From: Candidatus Multivoradales bacterium
Lineage (GTDB): Bacteria > Acidobacteriota > Thermoanaerobaculia > Multivoradales > Multivoraceae
Length of the DNA: 64,000 nucleotides
Direction of reading: 5' to 3'
Assembly: GCA_965223325.1 (NCBI GenBank)
Contig: CBDCWI010000002.1
Coordinates: 1,792,001 to 1,856,000 of the forward strand
Positions within the stretch are counted from its first letter, which is position 1. Each line of letters opens with the position of its first letter. The notes beneath the pieces were generated by a model. That model made no database searches. It was not told where the DNA came from and saw only the letters and a program-made list of their open reading frames with translations. Of this stretch, positions 47,564 to 55,990 are shown in pieces. The translations under genes were made by a program, and so were the position numbers.

Positions 47564-48580
47564 CTACCGCGTCAGGCTGGCGTAGATGTTCTCGAGCCAG
47601 CCTCCGGGCGGGCCATGCATGACGGAGTCAGAGCGCGCCTCGTCGAACCAGGCTTGCCACCCCCTCGGAACACCGTTCTCCGCCACCTCCTCCACCGAAG
47701 CGCCAGCGTCGATCTCTGATTGAACCCACGCGGTGATCTCGACGAGAAGCCGCTGGTATTCCGCGAGATCAGCCCGCGCCCAGACCTGGCCAATGCCGCC
47801 GTGGCCGCCGACCACGCGGGCTCCCTCTGGCAATCGTGCGAGCACGCGCTCGAGCACTAGCGCGAGAGATTCGATGTCTCCGCCCGAGTGCTGCCAGTCG
47901 GCCGCCGAGCGGCCCCCGCGGCCATGGAAGAGATCGCCCACATGCAGAACGTTCGCGCCGGGAAAGTACACCGCCAGGTCGCCATCGGTATGGCCGGGGC
48001 CGAAGTGCCAGATCTCGACTCGGTGACCATGGAAGTCGAGCTGGTCGCCATCGCTCACCGTCTCACCTGGAAGAAAGCGCTCTTCGAGTGCCGGCGCGGC
48101 CGGAAGGAGCTTGTTCGGCCTCGGTCGTTCGGTCAAACGCCGCCTACTGTTCTCATGCGCCATCACCCTCGCACCGTCCGGCAGAAAACTATTGCCTCGC
48201 GCATGATCGGGGTGCGGATGGGTGTTGATCACCACCTCTAGAGGGCCAGCGCCCTGTTCGTCGAGCGCCGCCCTCACCTTCGCAGAAACGGCGGAGGTCA
48301 TCGGTGCGTCGACCAGGAGGGTCCCAGCAGATGAGACCAGGGCGAGATGGCTGCCGCCGATTTGTCGATCCCTCAGGGTGGCATCGAGCATGAAGAGACC
48401 ATCAGCGATCGGCGTCACGACGACCTCGGAAGCCCCGGACTGCTGCTCCATCAACACGCCGGCGATCTTCCAGAAGTTCAACCAGCCAAGAACGAGCACC
48501 ACCAGCAGACCTCCAACCAGGCCAGCGCAGCCTCTCTTCAGGAGACTTCTCTTGCGATTCGTTGGGCGCGATCCACTCAT
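47564..48580 (-). CDS. Membrane-anchored MBL-fold metallo-hydrolase (cyclase-like)
   Basis: NTHPHPDHARGN, GHTDGD, HVGDL, GGHG; N-terminal TM. Confidence 0.88.
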   Translation of the reverse strand: MSGSRPTNRKRSLLKRGCAGLVGGLLVVLVLGWLNFWKIAGVLMEQQSGASEVVVTPIADGLFMLDATLRDRQIGGSHLALVSSAGTLLVDAPMTSAVSAKVRAALDEQGAGPLEVVINTHPHPDHARGNSFLPDGARVMAHENSRRRLTERPRPNKLLPAAPALEERFLPGETVSDGDQLDFHGHRVEIWHFGPGHTDGDLAVYFPGANVLHVGDLFHGRGGRSAADWQHSGGDIESLALVLERVLARLPEGARVVGGHGGIGQVWARADLAEYQRLLVEITAWVQSEIDAGASVEEVAENGVPRGWQAWFDEARSDSVMHGPPGGWLENIYASLTR

Positions 48581-48609
48581 TCCCGACACCTCCGTCGACG
48601 TTAGGCCAT

Positions 48610-48632
48610 TGACCTTACCCGATGTAAGGTCA
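48610..48632. promoter_or_regulatory. Putative PadR operator upstream of the MBL hydrolase
   Basis: TGACCTTAC-CCGAT-GTAAGGTCA perfect 9-5-9 inverted repeat. Confidence 0.7.
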
Positions 48633-48657
48633 TCCTCGCCAGACGTTCGACCTCTCG

Positions 48658-49023
48658 TCACGCGAACAGGTCGATCAGCGCCATCGCCACGCCCAGGTAG
48701 GCACACTCGCCGACACCAAGAGCGATGAGGAGTACCAGGCCTGCGAACGGCAGGACGGGTACGCCACCGATCCGGGTCGCGCCTCTACCAACCGACTGAT
48801 CCCAGACCGCATAGGCGAGCGACGTGAGAAGACCGACCAACAGGGACAACCAGAAGGACAGTCGAGCTCTCGGCGAACGCCCGCTCGCCACACAGCCGCG
48901 CCACAGCTCATCGCGATGGGGTTCGAATGCAAGCATGCGGAGTCGTTCAGGCAACAACCGCCCCAGCAAAGTCGATGCTGGCGGCGGCGCATACGCGGGC
49001 ACTCGATCACGCATGTGAGCCAT
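48658..49023 (-). CDS. Small membrane protein coupled to PadR
   Basis: Two TM segments, overlaps the padR 3' end; start may be ATG 49014. Confidence 0.6.
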   Translation of the reverse strand: MAHMRDRVPAYAPPPASTLLGRLLPERLRMLAFEPHRDELWRGCVASGRSPRARLSFWLSLLVGLLTSLAYAVWDQSVGRGATRIGGVPVLPFAGLVLLIALGVGECAYLGVAMALIDLFA

Positions 49024-49318
49024 CGAACTGCGCGATGATGCGCCGGTGATGTTGTGCCGTCTGGTTCCGCGCTCGACGCCCGGCGGCAGTAGCCTGGTAG
49101 AAGCGCTCGCGCACGATCTGGCGGTCGATGACCTCCTGCTCGTACCAGCCGCTCACCAACTTGGCCTCTTCGAGGCGTGCCATCAGTCGATAGAAGGCGG
49201 GCCCGCTCTTCTCGAGGTCGAGACTTGCCAACCGGCTGCGCACCTCGCGACCCGAAATCGATTCGCCGGCGAGTACACAAAGCACTGCGAACTGCAAATG
49301 TGGAAGCGGAGCGGCCAT
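49007..49318 (-). CDS. PadR-family winged-helix regulator
   Basis: LQFAVLCVL, SGREVR, GPAFYRLMARLEEAKLV, RERFYQATAAG. Confidence 0.82.
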   Translation of the reverse strand: MAAPLPHLQFAVLCVLAGESISGREVRSRLASLDLEKSGPAFYRLMARLEEAKLVSGWYEQEVIDRQIVRERFYQATAAGRRARNQTAQHHRRIIAQFDGSHA

Positions 49319-49378
49319 CGAGGGTCTCGTGGAGGGTTCAGGAGTGCCGGGAATCCGCAGCCAGATTACACCAGGAAC

Positions 49379-49395
49379 CCTTACATGACGTAAGG
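49379..49395. promoter_or_regulatory. Putative PadR autoregulatory operator
   Basis: CCTTAC-ATGAC-GTAAGG, same core and spacing as 48610-48632. Confidence 0.65.
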
Positions 49396-49449
49396 CATGT
49401 TCGAGCGCAAGGCCTCCTACTCTTCAATGCCGGCGAGATCTTGAATCCA

Positions 49450-50373
49450 CTACGGACAGGCTGGCTCGCCGGCGAAGAACTCGCCCTTCTTGCCGGCGGT
49501 GATCGCCCAGCGGTGCAACCAGCTGATCCCGCCGACGCCGGTCCACTCGTCGGCCGAGGCGTAGGCTTCGTCAGCAATCGCCTCGTCCAGGCCAATGAAG
49601 CGGTAACCACGTTCCTTGTACATCGCGAGAAGTGCGTCGAGCGCCGCGGCGTTGAGATGGTTCTGATGGATGAGGAGGGTGTGGGGAATCGACCTGCCAA
49701 ACAACGCCTGTGTCTGTTCTTCGTAGTAGGCGGTCTTCTCTTCCATGTACGCCACGTAGGTGCTGGCGACGCGCTTGGCGAGGCCCGGGTCGTCCTTCCC
49801 GAGCGCTTCGCGGTACGCGGCCGCAAAAATCCACTCCGAGTTGTCGATGGTGACTGGCGCGACCCAGTAGCCGTTCTCTTCGAGGTGGCGACGCACCTGG
49901 TCGCGCGCTGCGATCGAAGTGCCGGTGTGCAGGTAGGGGTGGCGAAAAAACCGCAGGCCGGCGCCGCGGCTTTCCATCAGTGAGCGGGTCTGGCGCTCGC
50001 CGCGCTCGATGTCTTCGATGAAGCGCTCGGGCAGGGCGCGGTGAAGATCTAGGTGGGAGTAGCCATGGTTGCCGAGCTCGAGACCGGCATCGAGCCATGT
50101 CTCGAGCGTGCCCACCAGCGCGGGTACGACGGTGCCGCCGCGCTCGAGCTTCGCCTCGTTGACAAAACCGATCGCCGGCACTTCATGCCGGCGCAGCGCT
50201 TCGACGACCTGGTCGTTGATCCGAATGATCTCCGGCACCGCGGCCTGTGGACCCTGGAGCGGCAGGTCGTCGACCGTGATCACGATCGCACGCTCTCCTG
50301 GAGCAGCGCCGCAGAGTGGGACGGCGGTGAAACACAAGAGCGCTAGACAGCTAGCAAGGGTTTGCTTCAACAC
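49450..50373 (-). CDS. Secreted polysaccharide deacetylase (NodB fold), probably shortened by a premature TAG
   Basis: ITVDDLP, GNHGYSH, FFRHPYL, LLIH; frame continues WIQDLAGIEE* to 49417. Confidence 0.9.
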   Translation of the reverse strand: MLKQTLASCLALLCFTAVPLCGAAPGERAIVITVDDLPLQGPQAAVPEIIRINDQVVEALRRHEVPAIGFVNEAKLERGGTVVPALVGTLETWLDAGLELGNHGYSHLDLHRALPERFIEDIERGERQTRSLMESRGAGLRFFRHPYLHTGTSIAARDQVRRHLEENGYWVAPVTIDNSEWIFAAAYREALGKDDPGLAKRVASTYVAYMEEKTAYYEEQTQALFGRSIPHTLLIHQNHLNAAALDALLAMYKERGYRFIGLDEAIADEAYASADEWTGVGGISWLHRWAITAGKKGEFFAGEPACP

Positions 50374-50437
50374 GAGGCGAAGCCTATTTCACCGCGAGCA
50401 GAGGCGGGCCGATGGACCGAGGCTGCGATAATCGCGC

Positions 50438-51373
50438 GTGATGTGTGAGGAGGATCTCTTCGCGTTGGTCGCCCAGCGGATCGTCGCCAACGGCGAGTTG
50501 CAGCGCTCGTGGCCGCTAGCGGGTGGCGTTTCCGCTGCGATGCACGCAATCGAAGTCAAAGACCCTGGCGGCCAGACGCATCGCTTCGTCATCCGCCAGC
50601 ACCAGGCGACCGACTGGCGCCTCAACGAGACCGGTGTCACGGCGCGCGAGTACGCCTTGCTCGAAGCGCTCAGGCTCAACGGCCTGGAGGCGCCGCAACC
50701 TGTAAGACTCGACCAGAGCGGCGAGATACTTCCGACGCCGTATCTGGTTCTGGAGTACATCGACGGCACGACAACCGTCGAACCAGAGAACCTCGAAGGC
50801 TCGCTCCTCCAGATGGCGGCCTTTCTAGCGCGCCTCCACGCGGTCGACACTGACGACCGTGACCTGCCGCAGCTTCCGGATCTCGAAGACCCGGTCGCAG
50901 GCGCCCTGGAGTATCTCTCGATCTCCGGCCAGGGAGCAGGGTGGCGACCGGCCCTCGAGCAACTCCAAGCTGGTTCGCGCGCCAGATTCGGCGAGCGGCG
51001 CGCGCTTCTGCACGGCGACTTCTGGCCCCACAACGTCCTCTGGCGCGACGGCAAGATTGCCGCGGTGATCGACTGGGAAGACGCGACCTTCGGCGACCCA
51101 CTTTCAGACCTCGCCGCCTGTCGGGTCGAGCTGCTTTGCTACTACGGCGAAGCGGCGATGGAGAGCTTCACGAAGCACTACAAGGAGCGCGGACGGTGGA
51201 GCATCGATCCATTGCGCCTCGAGCTCGCGGTCTGGGAACTCTACGTCTCGGCAGCCGCCCTGGCGACGATGGGCAACTGGGGCCTCGAGGCAGAGGAGCT
51301 CATAAGGCGGCGCGAGACGACGACCCGCTTCATGGAGCGCGCCGGCCGGGCCATGCTCGATTCGTTGGCCTGA
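50438..51373 (+). CDS. APH/choline-kinase-like phosphotransferase
   Basis: LAGGVSA, REYALL, LHGDFWPHNVL, VIDWED, GDPLSDLA. Confidence 0.9.
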   Translation: MMCEEDLFALVAQRIVANGELQRSWPLAGGVSAAMHAIEVKDPGGQTHRFVIRQHQATDWRLNETGVTAREYALLEALRLNGLEAPQPVRLDQSGEILPTPYLVLEYIDGTTTVEPENLEGSLLQMAAFLARLHAVDTDDRDLPQLPDLEDPVAGALEYLSISGQGAGWRPALEQLQAGSRARFGERRALLHGDFWPHNVLWRDGKIAAVIDWEDATFGDPLSDLAACRVELLCYYGEAAMESFTKHYKERGRWSIDPLRLELAVWELYVSAAALATMGNWGLEAEELIRRRETTTRFMERAGRAMLDSLA

Positions 51374-51393
51374 AGAGGCCTTCCATCCTGACG

Positions 51394-51559
51394 CTAGTAC
51401 CCCGTACCATTGAAACGCACAGCGTCTGCGCGGTCCTCGCGCTCGATCTCTGTGTTGTCACTCCTCGACAGATCACCAATACGCCTGCGTCGTGACGCCT
51501 TGATCTCGAGCACGATCATCCGCTCAGCCACTATCCGTTTCAATGGTACGAGGTACTAG
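51394..51559. mobile_element. MITE / internally deleted IS (166 bp) bounded by CTAG
   Basis: 24-bp terminal inverted repeats with 23/24 identity: CTAGTACCCCGTACCATTGAAACG (51394-51417) and CGTTTCAATGGTACGAGGTACTAG (51536-51559). Confidence 0.8.
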
Positions 51560-52770
51560 GTCAACGCCCCGTAGACGATCGAGCGCAGCTGGCCGCGGAA
51601 GTTGAAGGTCCCCGAAGGCATGAACTGGGTCATGAAGATCACCGTCAGGTCTTCCGCCGGGTCGTTCCAGAACACTGTGCTCGCCAAGCCGCCCCAGAAG
51701 TACTCCCCGAGCGAGCCGCTCGACTGCGCCTTGATGAGATCGACCACCGTAGCCAGCCCGAGCCCGAAACCGATTCCGCTGTAGGTTGTTTCGCTCCACG
51801 AGCCGGTGGCGAGCTCGGTGAGGTCTCGCCCGCCGGGCAGGTGATTCGCCCGCATGAGGTCAATCGTCTTGCGGCCCAGAATTCGCGCGCCGCCGAGCTC
51901 GCCCCCGGCGAGCAACATGCGGCAGAAGCGATGGTAGTCGGCCGCCGTCGACACCAGGCCGCCACCGCCCGAGAGCAGATCGGGCTTTGTGAGGTAGGGG
52001 CTCGTTTCGGGGTCGTCGACCAGGCGGAGCTTCCGGTCGGGGCCGCGCTCGTAGTTGGCGCCAAACCGCGACTGGCCAGCGGCATCAACCCAGAAACCCG
52101 TATCAACCATGCCCAGCGGGCCGAAGATGCGCTCTAGAAAGAAGTCGTCGAGCGGCTGCTCCGCAATGACCTCGACCAGCCGCCCAAGAACATCGGTGGC
52201 CACCGAGTAGTTCCAGCGCTCGCCGGGTGAGAACTCGAGCGGTAGTTCGCCGAGCTGGCGCATCATGCCCGCAAGATCGACCCCTTCCCAGCGTTCTCCC
52301 ACGCGACGCTCGCGGTAGGCCGCATCAACATTGGACATCTCCAGGAAGCCATAGGTGAGACCCGAGGTGTGGCAGAGCAGATCCCGGATCGAGATCTCGC
52401 GGCTGGCTGGCACCGTCAAAAAGCGGCCGTCGACCCCGCCAGTGAAGACTCTCGGTTGCGCCAGCTCCGGAAGGAAACGTGCGACGGGGTCGTCGAGCTG
52501 GAAGTGGCCCTCTTCGTAGAGCATCATCACCGCCACCGAAGTGATCGGTTTGGTCATCGAATAGATGCGAAAGATGGTGTCCTCGGTCATCCGAACGCCG
52601 CGCTCACGGTCGCGTTCCCCAATCGCCGAAAGCCATGCGACTTCACCGCCGCGCGCCACCAGGGACACCGCACCGGTAATCTTCCCCGGTGTCACGTAGC
52701 GCCGCTCCAGGTGATCGTCGATGCGCGCCAATCGTTCGCTCGACAGGCCAACGCTCTCAGGCGATGTCAT
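51556..52770 (-). CDS. Serine hydrolase, beta-lactamase/class C esterase family
   Basis: IFRIYSMTKP (SxxK), LLCHTSGL, PGERWNYS, WGGLAST; exact start uncertain (52770-52794). Confidence 0.92.
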   Translation of the reverse strand: MTSPESVGLSSERLARIDDHLERRYVTPGKITGAVSLVARGGEVAWLSAIGERDRERGVRMTEDTIFRIYSMTKPITSVAVMMLYEEGHFQLDDPVARFLPELAQPRVFTGGVDGRFLTVPASREISIRDLLCHTSGLTYGFLEMSNVDAAYRERRVGERWEGVDLAGMMRQLGELPLEFSPGERWNYSVATDVLGRLVEVIAEQPLDDFFLERIFGPLGMVDTGFWVDAAGQSRFGANYERGPDRKLRLVDDPETSPYLTKPDLLSGGGGLVSTAADYHRFCRMLLAGGELGGARILGRKTIDLMRANHLPGGRDLTELATGSWSETTYSGIGFGLGLATVVDLIKAQSSGSLGEYFWGGLASTVFWNDPAEDLTVIFMTQFMPSGTFNFRGQLRSIVYGALT

Positions 52771-52797
52771 AACACCCGCTGTCACTCCACACATGAC

Positions 52798-52842
52798 ACC
52801 TCTCCAGGAAGTACTTATCCAGGCAGTACCTCTCCAGGACGT
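52798..52842. repeat. 15-bp tandem repeat x3 in the leader of the serine hydrolase
   Basis: ACCTCTCCAGGAAGT/ACTTATCCAGGCAGT/ACCTCTCCAGGACGT. Confidence 0.75.
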
Positions 52843-53008
52843 ACTTTCGGTTTCCCGCAAGCTATCAGGGCACTCCCACCTGTATAGTGACTTCACGACT
52901 CCAAGGACAACTCAACTCGGGCCCAGCAGGAAATCTCACCTGCTCCGTCGTCGCTACGAGCACGACCACCGAGCCTTCCTGCTGGACCCCAACACGGGAG
53001 CATCCAGC

Positions 53009-53476
53009 ATGAGAACCAAAACTTCGATCCTTCTCGGCCTTGCCGCTCTACTTTTCCTGATGGCCGGCGCTGCCGCAGCAGAAGACGAATACACCTTCGT
53101 CTTCACGTTCGAAGAAGACGAAGCCCTCGAGCTCGAAGGCGGCGTGACCGTCAGTGTTTTCACCCAACGCGGCTTCGCGGTCTTCGACGACCCGGATCAT
53201 CCGCTCCACATGGCAGCCCAGAACTGCTACGGGACCCAGGTCATTTCGGCCGAGGGCTCGGTTGGTAGCGGCTACTGCACCACCGTGCCCACCGGCGAGA
53301 CCGGCGGCATCTGGGCGGCCTGGGAAGGTGACCAGGACGGTGGCACCTGGCACGTCATGCGCGGCGCCGGCACCCTCGAAGGAATGACCGGCAGCGGTAC
53401 GTACAGCGCCACCGGCGGCCAATGGGCAGACGGCAAGGGTTACAACCGGGTCAAGGGCACCTTCAAGCAACCCTGA
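53009..53476 (+). CDS. Secreted hypothetical beta-rich protein
   Basis: GGGAG RBS, signal peptide ending AAA-E, two Cys, GTWHVMRGAGTLEGMTGSGTY. Confidence 0.75.
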   Translation: MRTKTSILLGLAALLFLMAGAAAAEDEYTFVFTFEEDEALELEGGVTVSVFTQRGFAVFDDPDHPLHMAAQNCYGTQVISAEGSVGSGYCTTVPTGETGGIWAAWEGDQDGGTWHVMRGAGTLEGMTGSGTYSATGGQWADGKGYNRVKGTFKQP

Positions 53477-53537
53477 TCGAGCAGCCCTGATCGAGAAAAA
53501 CTGACCGTCTACCAGGGCGCGGTACCCTCAAGCCCTC

Positions 53538-54707
53538 ATGACAGAGGGCATCGACCCGCGCGGGGTCATCGGCTTCACCAGGGACCTGGTGCGTTGTCGG
53601 AGTGTGTTGGGTGGTGAGGGCGAGGCGGCTCGGGCCGTCGTCGCCCAGATGACCGCCCTCGGCTTCGACGACGCATCGATCGATGAGGCCGGCAACGCCG
53701 TCGGCGTCCTGCGGGGCCGTGCACCTGGACCTTGCCTGCTCTTTGACGGGCACCTCGACACCGTCGATGTCGTGCCGCGCGAAGCCTGGACCTGGGATCC
53801 GTTCGGCGGCGAGATCTCAGACGGTCGCATGTACGGTCGCGGCACCAGCGACATGAAAGGCGCCATTGCGGCCATGGTTTATGGCGCCGCGCTGGTTGAC
53901 CGCGATGCAATCCAGGGCTCGATCGTGGTCTCGGCCTCGGTCGGCGAAGAGTTGGTCGAAGGAGCGGCGCTCCGTTTCGTGCTCGAACAGTACCCGGCAG
54001 ACTTCGTCGTCATTGGCGAAGCTTCGAACCTCGACATCGTCTTCGGCGGCCGCGGGCGAGCCGAGTGGAAGATCACCACTCACGGTGTACCGGCACATGC
54101 CAGCTCGCCACACAAAGGCGACAACGCGGTGCACAAAATGCTGGCGGTAGTGGCTGAAATCGAGAAGATCGCCGTTCCTGGAGAATCGCCGGTGGGCCCC
54201 GGCGTGGTCGCGCTCACCGACATCATCTCCGACCCCTACCCCGCCCACTCGGTCATCCCCAGTGGCTGCACCGTCACCTACGAGCGCCGACTGGTGCCCG
54301 GCGAGACAGAGGAGACGGTCACCGAAGACCTGCGGCGAGCCTGCCGGCGCGCCGAAGCACCCGAGACCTCGATCGAGCTGGCGACGATCGACTACCAGTC
54401 CTACACCGGCTGGAGGTGCTCACAACCGAAGTGGTTTCCCGCCTGGGCACTCCCTCGAGACGACCCGTTCGTAGTCGGCGCGCAAGCGGCCATGGAGGCG
54501 GCCGGGCTCTCGCCCGGACTGGCCAGTTACCAGTTCTGCACCAACGCCGCCTACTCCACGGGGATAGCGGGCATTCCAACCATCGGCCTCGGGCCGTCCG
54601 ACGAGGCACAGGCTCACATCGTCGACGAGTCGATCGAGGTCGAAGAACTCGTGCGCGCCGTTACCGCCTATCGCGCCGTCGCCGAAGCGGTGCTTCGCCG
54701 TTCCTAG
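53538..54707 (+). CDS. M20/ArgE-DapE family metallohydrolase, YgeY-like
   Basis: DGHLDTV, YGRGTSDMKG, GEE, IGEAS, HASSP, FCTNA, GPSDEAQAH. Confidence 0.88.
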   Translation: MTEGIDPRGVIGFTRDLVRCRSVLGGEGEAARAVVAQMTALGFDDASIDEAGNAVGVLRGRAPGPCLLFDGHLDTVDVVPREAWTWDPFGGEISDGRMYGRGTSDMKGAIAAMVYGAALVDRDAIQGSIVVSASVGEELVEGAALRFVLEQYPADFVVIGEASNLDIVFGGRGRAEWKITTHGVPAHASSPHKGDNAVHKMLAVVAEIEKIAVPGESPVGPGVVALTDIISDPYPAHSVIPSGCTVTYERRLVPGETEETVTEDLRRACRRAEAPETSIELATIDYQSYTGWRCSQPKWFPAWALPRDDPFVVGAQAAMEAAGLSPGLASYQFCTNAAYSTGIAGIPTIGLGPSDEAQAHIVDESIEVEELVRAVTAYRAVAEAVLRRS

Positions 54708-54720
54708 CCTTCAAGAGCCC

Positions 54721-55785
54721 TCAGGAAGCGGCCCGCCGCTTCACCTCGACCGCGCCGATCGCAATCAACGACTCGACGCAATCACGCAGCGACTCGTCGA
54801 ACGACCGGAACTCGATGCCGGTGAGTGCACGAATGCGATCGTTGCGCAGCTCGACCCCGTCCCAGATGCGGCGTAGTTCCTCTTCGCGCGCCTGAATGCG
54901 CTCGGGGAAAGGATCGGTGACCTCAGGGGTTTCGTGCTCGAGCTCGGGCAGCAGGCGATCAATGCGCGCGCAAACTTCTTCGACCGGGATCGCATCGGTT
55001 GACCAGGCGATGTAGCGCTCACCGTTCCTGGCGTCGGTGCTCTCGAGCAGCCGAATGTGACACTCGGCGTCGTCGCGCACGTCGACGGTCATCCACGGGC
55101 GATAGGCGCCGGTCTGCTCGTACTCACCGAGCAGCATGCCCTCGATGATGTGCTGCCAAGGACCTTTCTCTTTCTGGTGCTTGGCCTGGATCGGCCCGAC
55201 GTTGTCGCCTGGGCAGCAGGTGATCGCATCCCACGAGCCACTTTCGGCGGCGGCGTCCGAGAACATGCGCTCAGCCGTCACCTTGCCCATCGAGTATCCC
55301 TGCCCTCTCTGCGGCGTGCGCTTTGGGTTCGCTTCGTCGGGATAACGGTCTTCGTAGAGCACCGGGCGGCGCACGAACTCCTGAATGTCGACCTCCGAGA
55401 TCACCGCCGCAATGCTCGAGGTCACCACCACCCGCTGCACGGTTCCTGAATCGTTGATGCTTCGGATGATGTGATCGCAGACGCGCCGGACGTACTCCTG
55501 GTCGTCATAGTCGCTGACGTGTGACACGTGAGCCACACCGTGGCAACCTTTGAAGACGTCGTCGAAGCACCCGTCCTCATCGAGATCGGCCGAGTGCAGG
55601 GAGAGCCGACCCGACGCGTAGCCAGGCATGGCCCGCAGGAACCCGGTCTTCGCCTCGTCGGCGGCGTCTCGGACACAGGCGCGTACCCGGTATCCCTTTT
55701 CGAGCAGCAAGCGCACCACCCACCCGCCAACAAAGCCCGCGCTACCCGTCACTGCGACCGTTCCGCCACCTGGAATAGGTGCCAT
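54721..55785 (-). CDS. NAD(P)-dependent epimerase/aldehyde reductase (extended SDR)
   Basis: VTGSAGFVG, VTSSIAA, YSMGK, VDVRDDA. Confidence 0.9.
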   Translation of the reverse strand: MAPIPGGGTVAVTGSAGFVGGWVVRLLLEKGYRVRACVRDAADEAKTGFLRAMPGYASGRLSLHSADLDEDGCFDDVFKGCHGVAHVSHVSDYDDQEYVRRVCDHIIRSINDSGTVQRVVVTSSIAAVISEVDIQEFVRRPVLYEDRYPDEANPKRTPQRGQGYSMGKVTAERMFSDAAAESGSWDAITCCPGDNVGPIQAKHQKEKGPWQHIIEGMLLGEYEQTGAYRPWMTVDVRDDAECHIRLLESTDARNGERYIAWSTDAIPVEEVCARIDRLLPELEHETPEVTDPFPERIQAREEELRRIWDGVELRNDRIRALTGIEFRSFDESLRDCVESLIAIGAVEVKRRAAS

Positions 55786-55913
55786 GAGCGCTCCCTTTCC
55801 TCGGCCATCCAGCCGATTCTCTTCGTGATCCGTCGAAATCGAGATCGTGAGGCTACACCGATCGGTAGCTCATCGCCCTGCGAGTACCAGCGCTCCCAGT
55901 TTCCAGACCTACC

Positions 55914-55938
55914 GAAACAAAGGGGCGCCTCAATCGTC
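55914..55938 (+). promoter_or_regulatory. Possible ECF-type promoter upstream of ADOP permease
   Basis: GAAAC-N16-CGTC. Confidence 0.3.
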
Positions 55939-55990
55939 GTAGAAGAAACCGGACAATCCCAGACCAGCTCGCATTCTCGAGGAGGCGGCC

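Noticed and set aside
49450-49452. Pyrrolysine or genome-wide amber recoding
   Set aside because: Many genes here end cleanly in TAG, the site is non-catalytic, and no pyl genes are in view.
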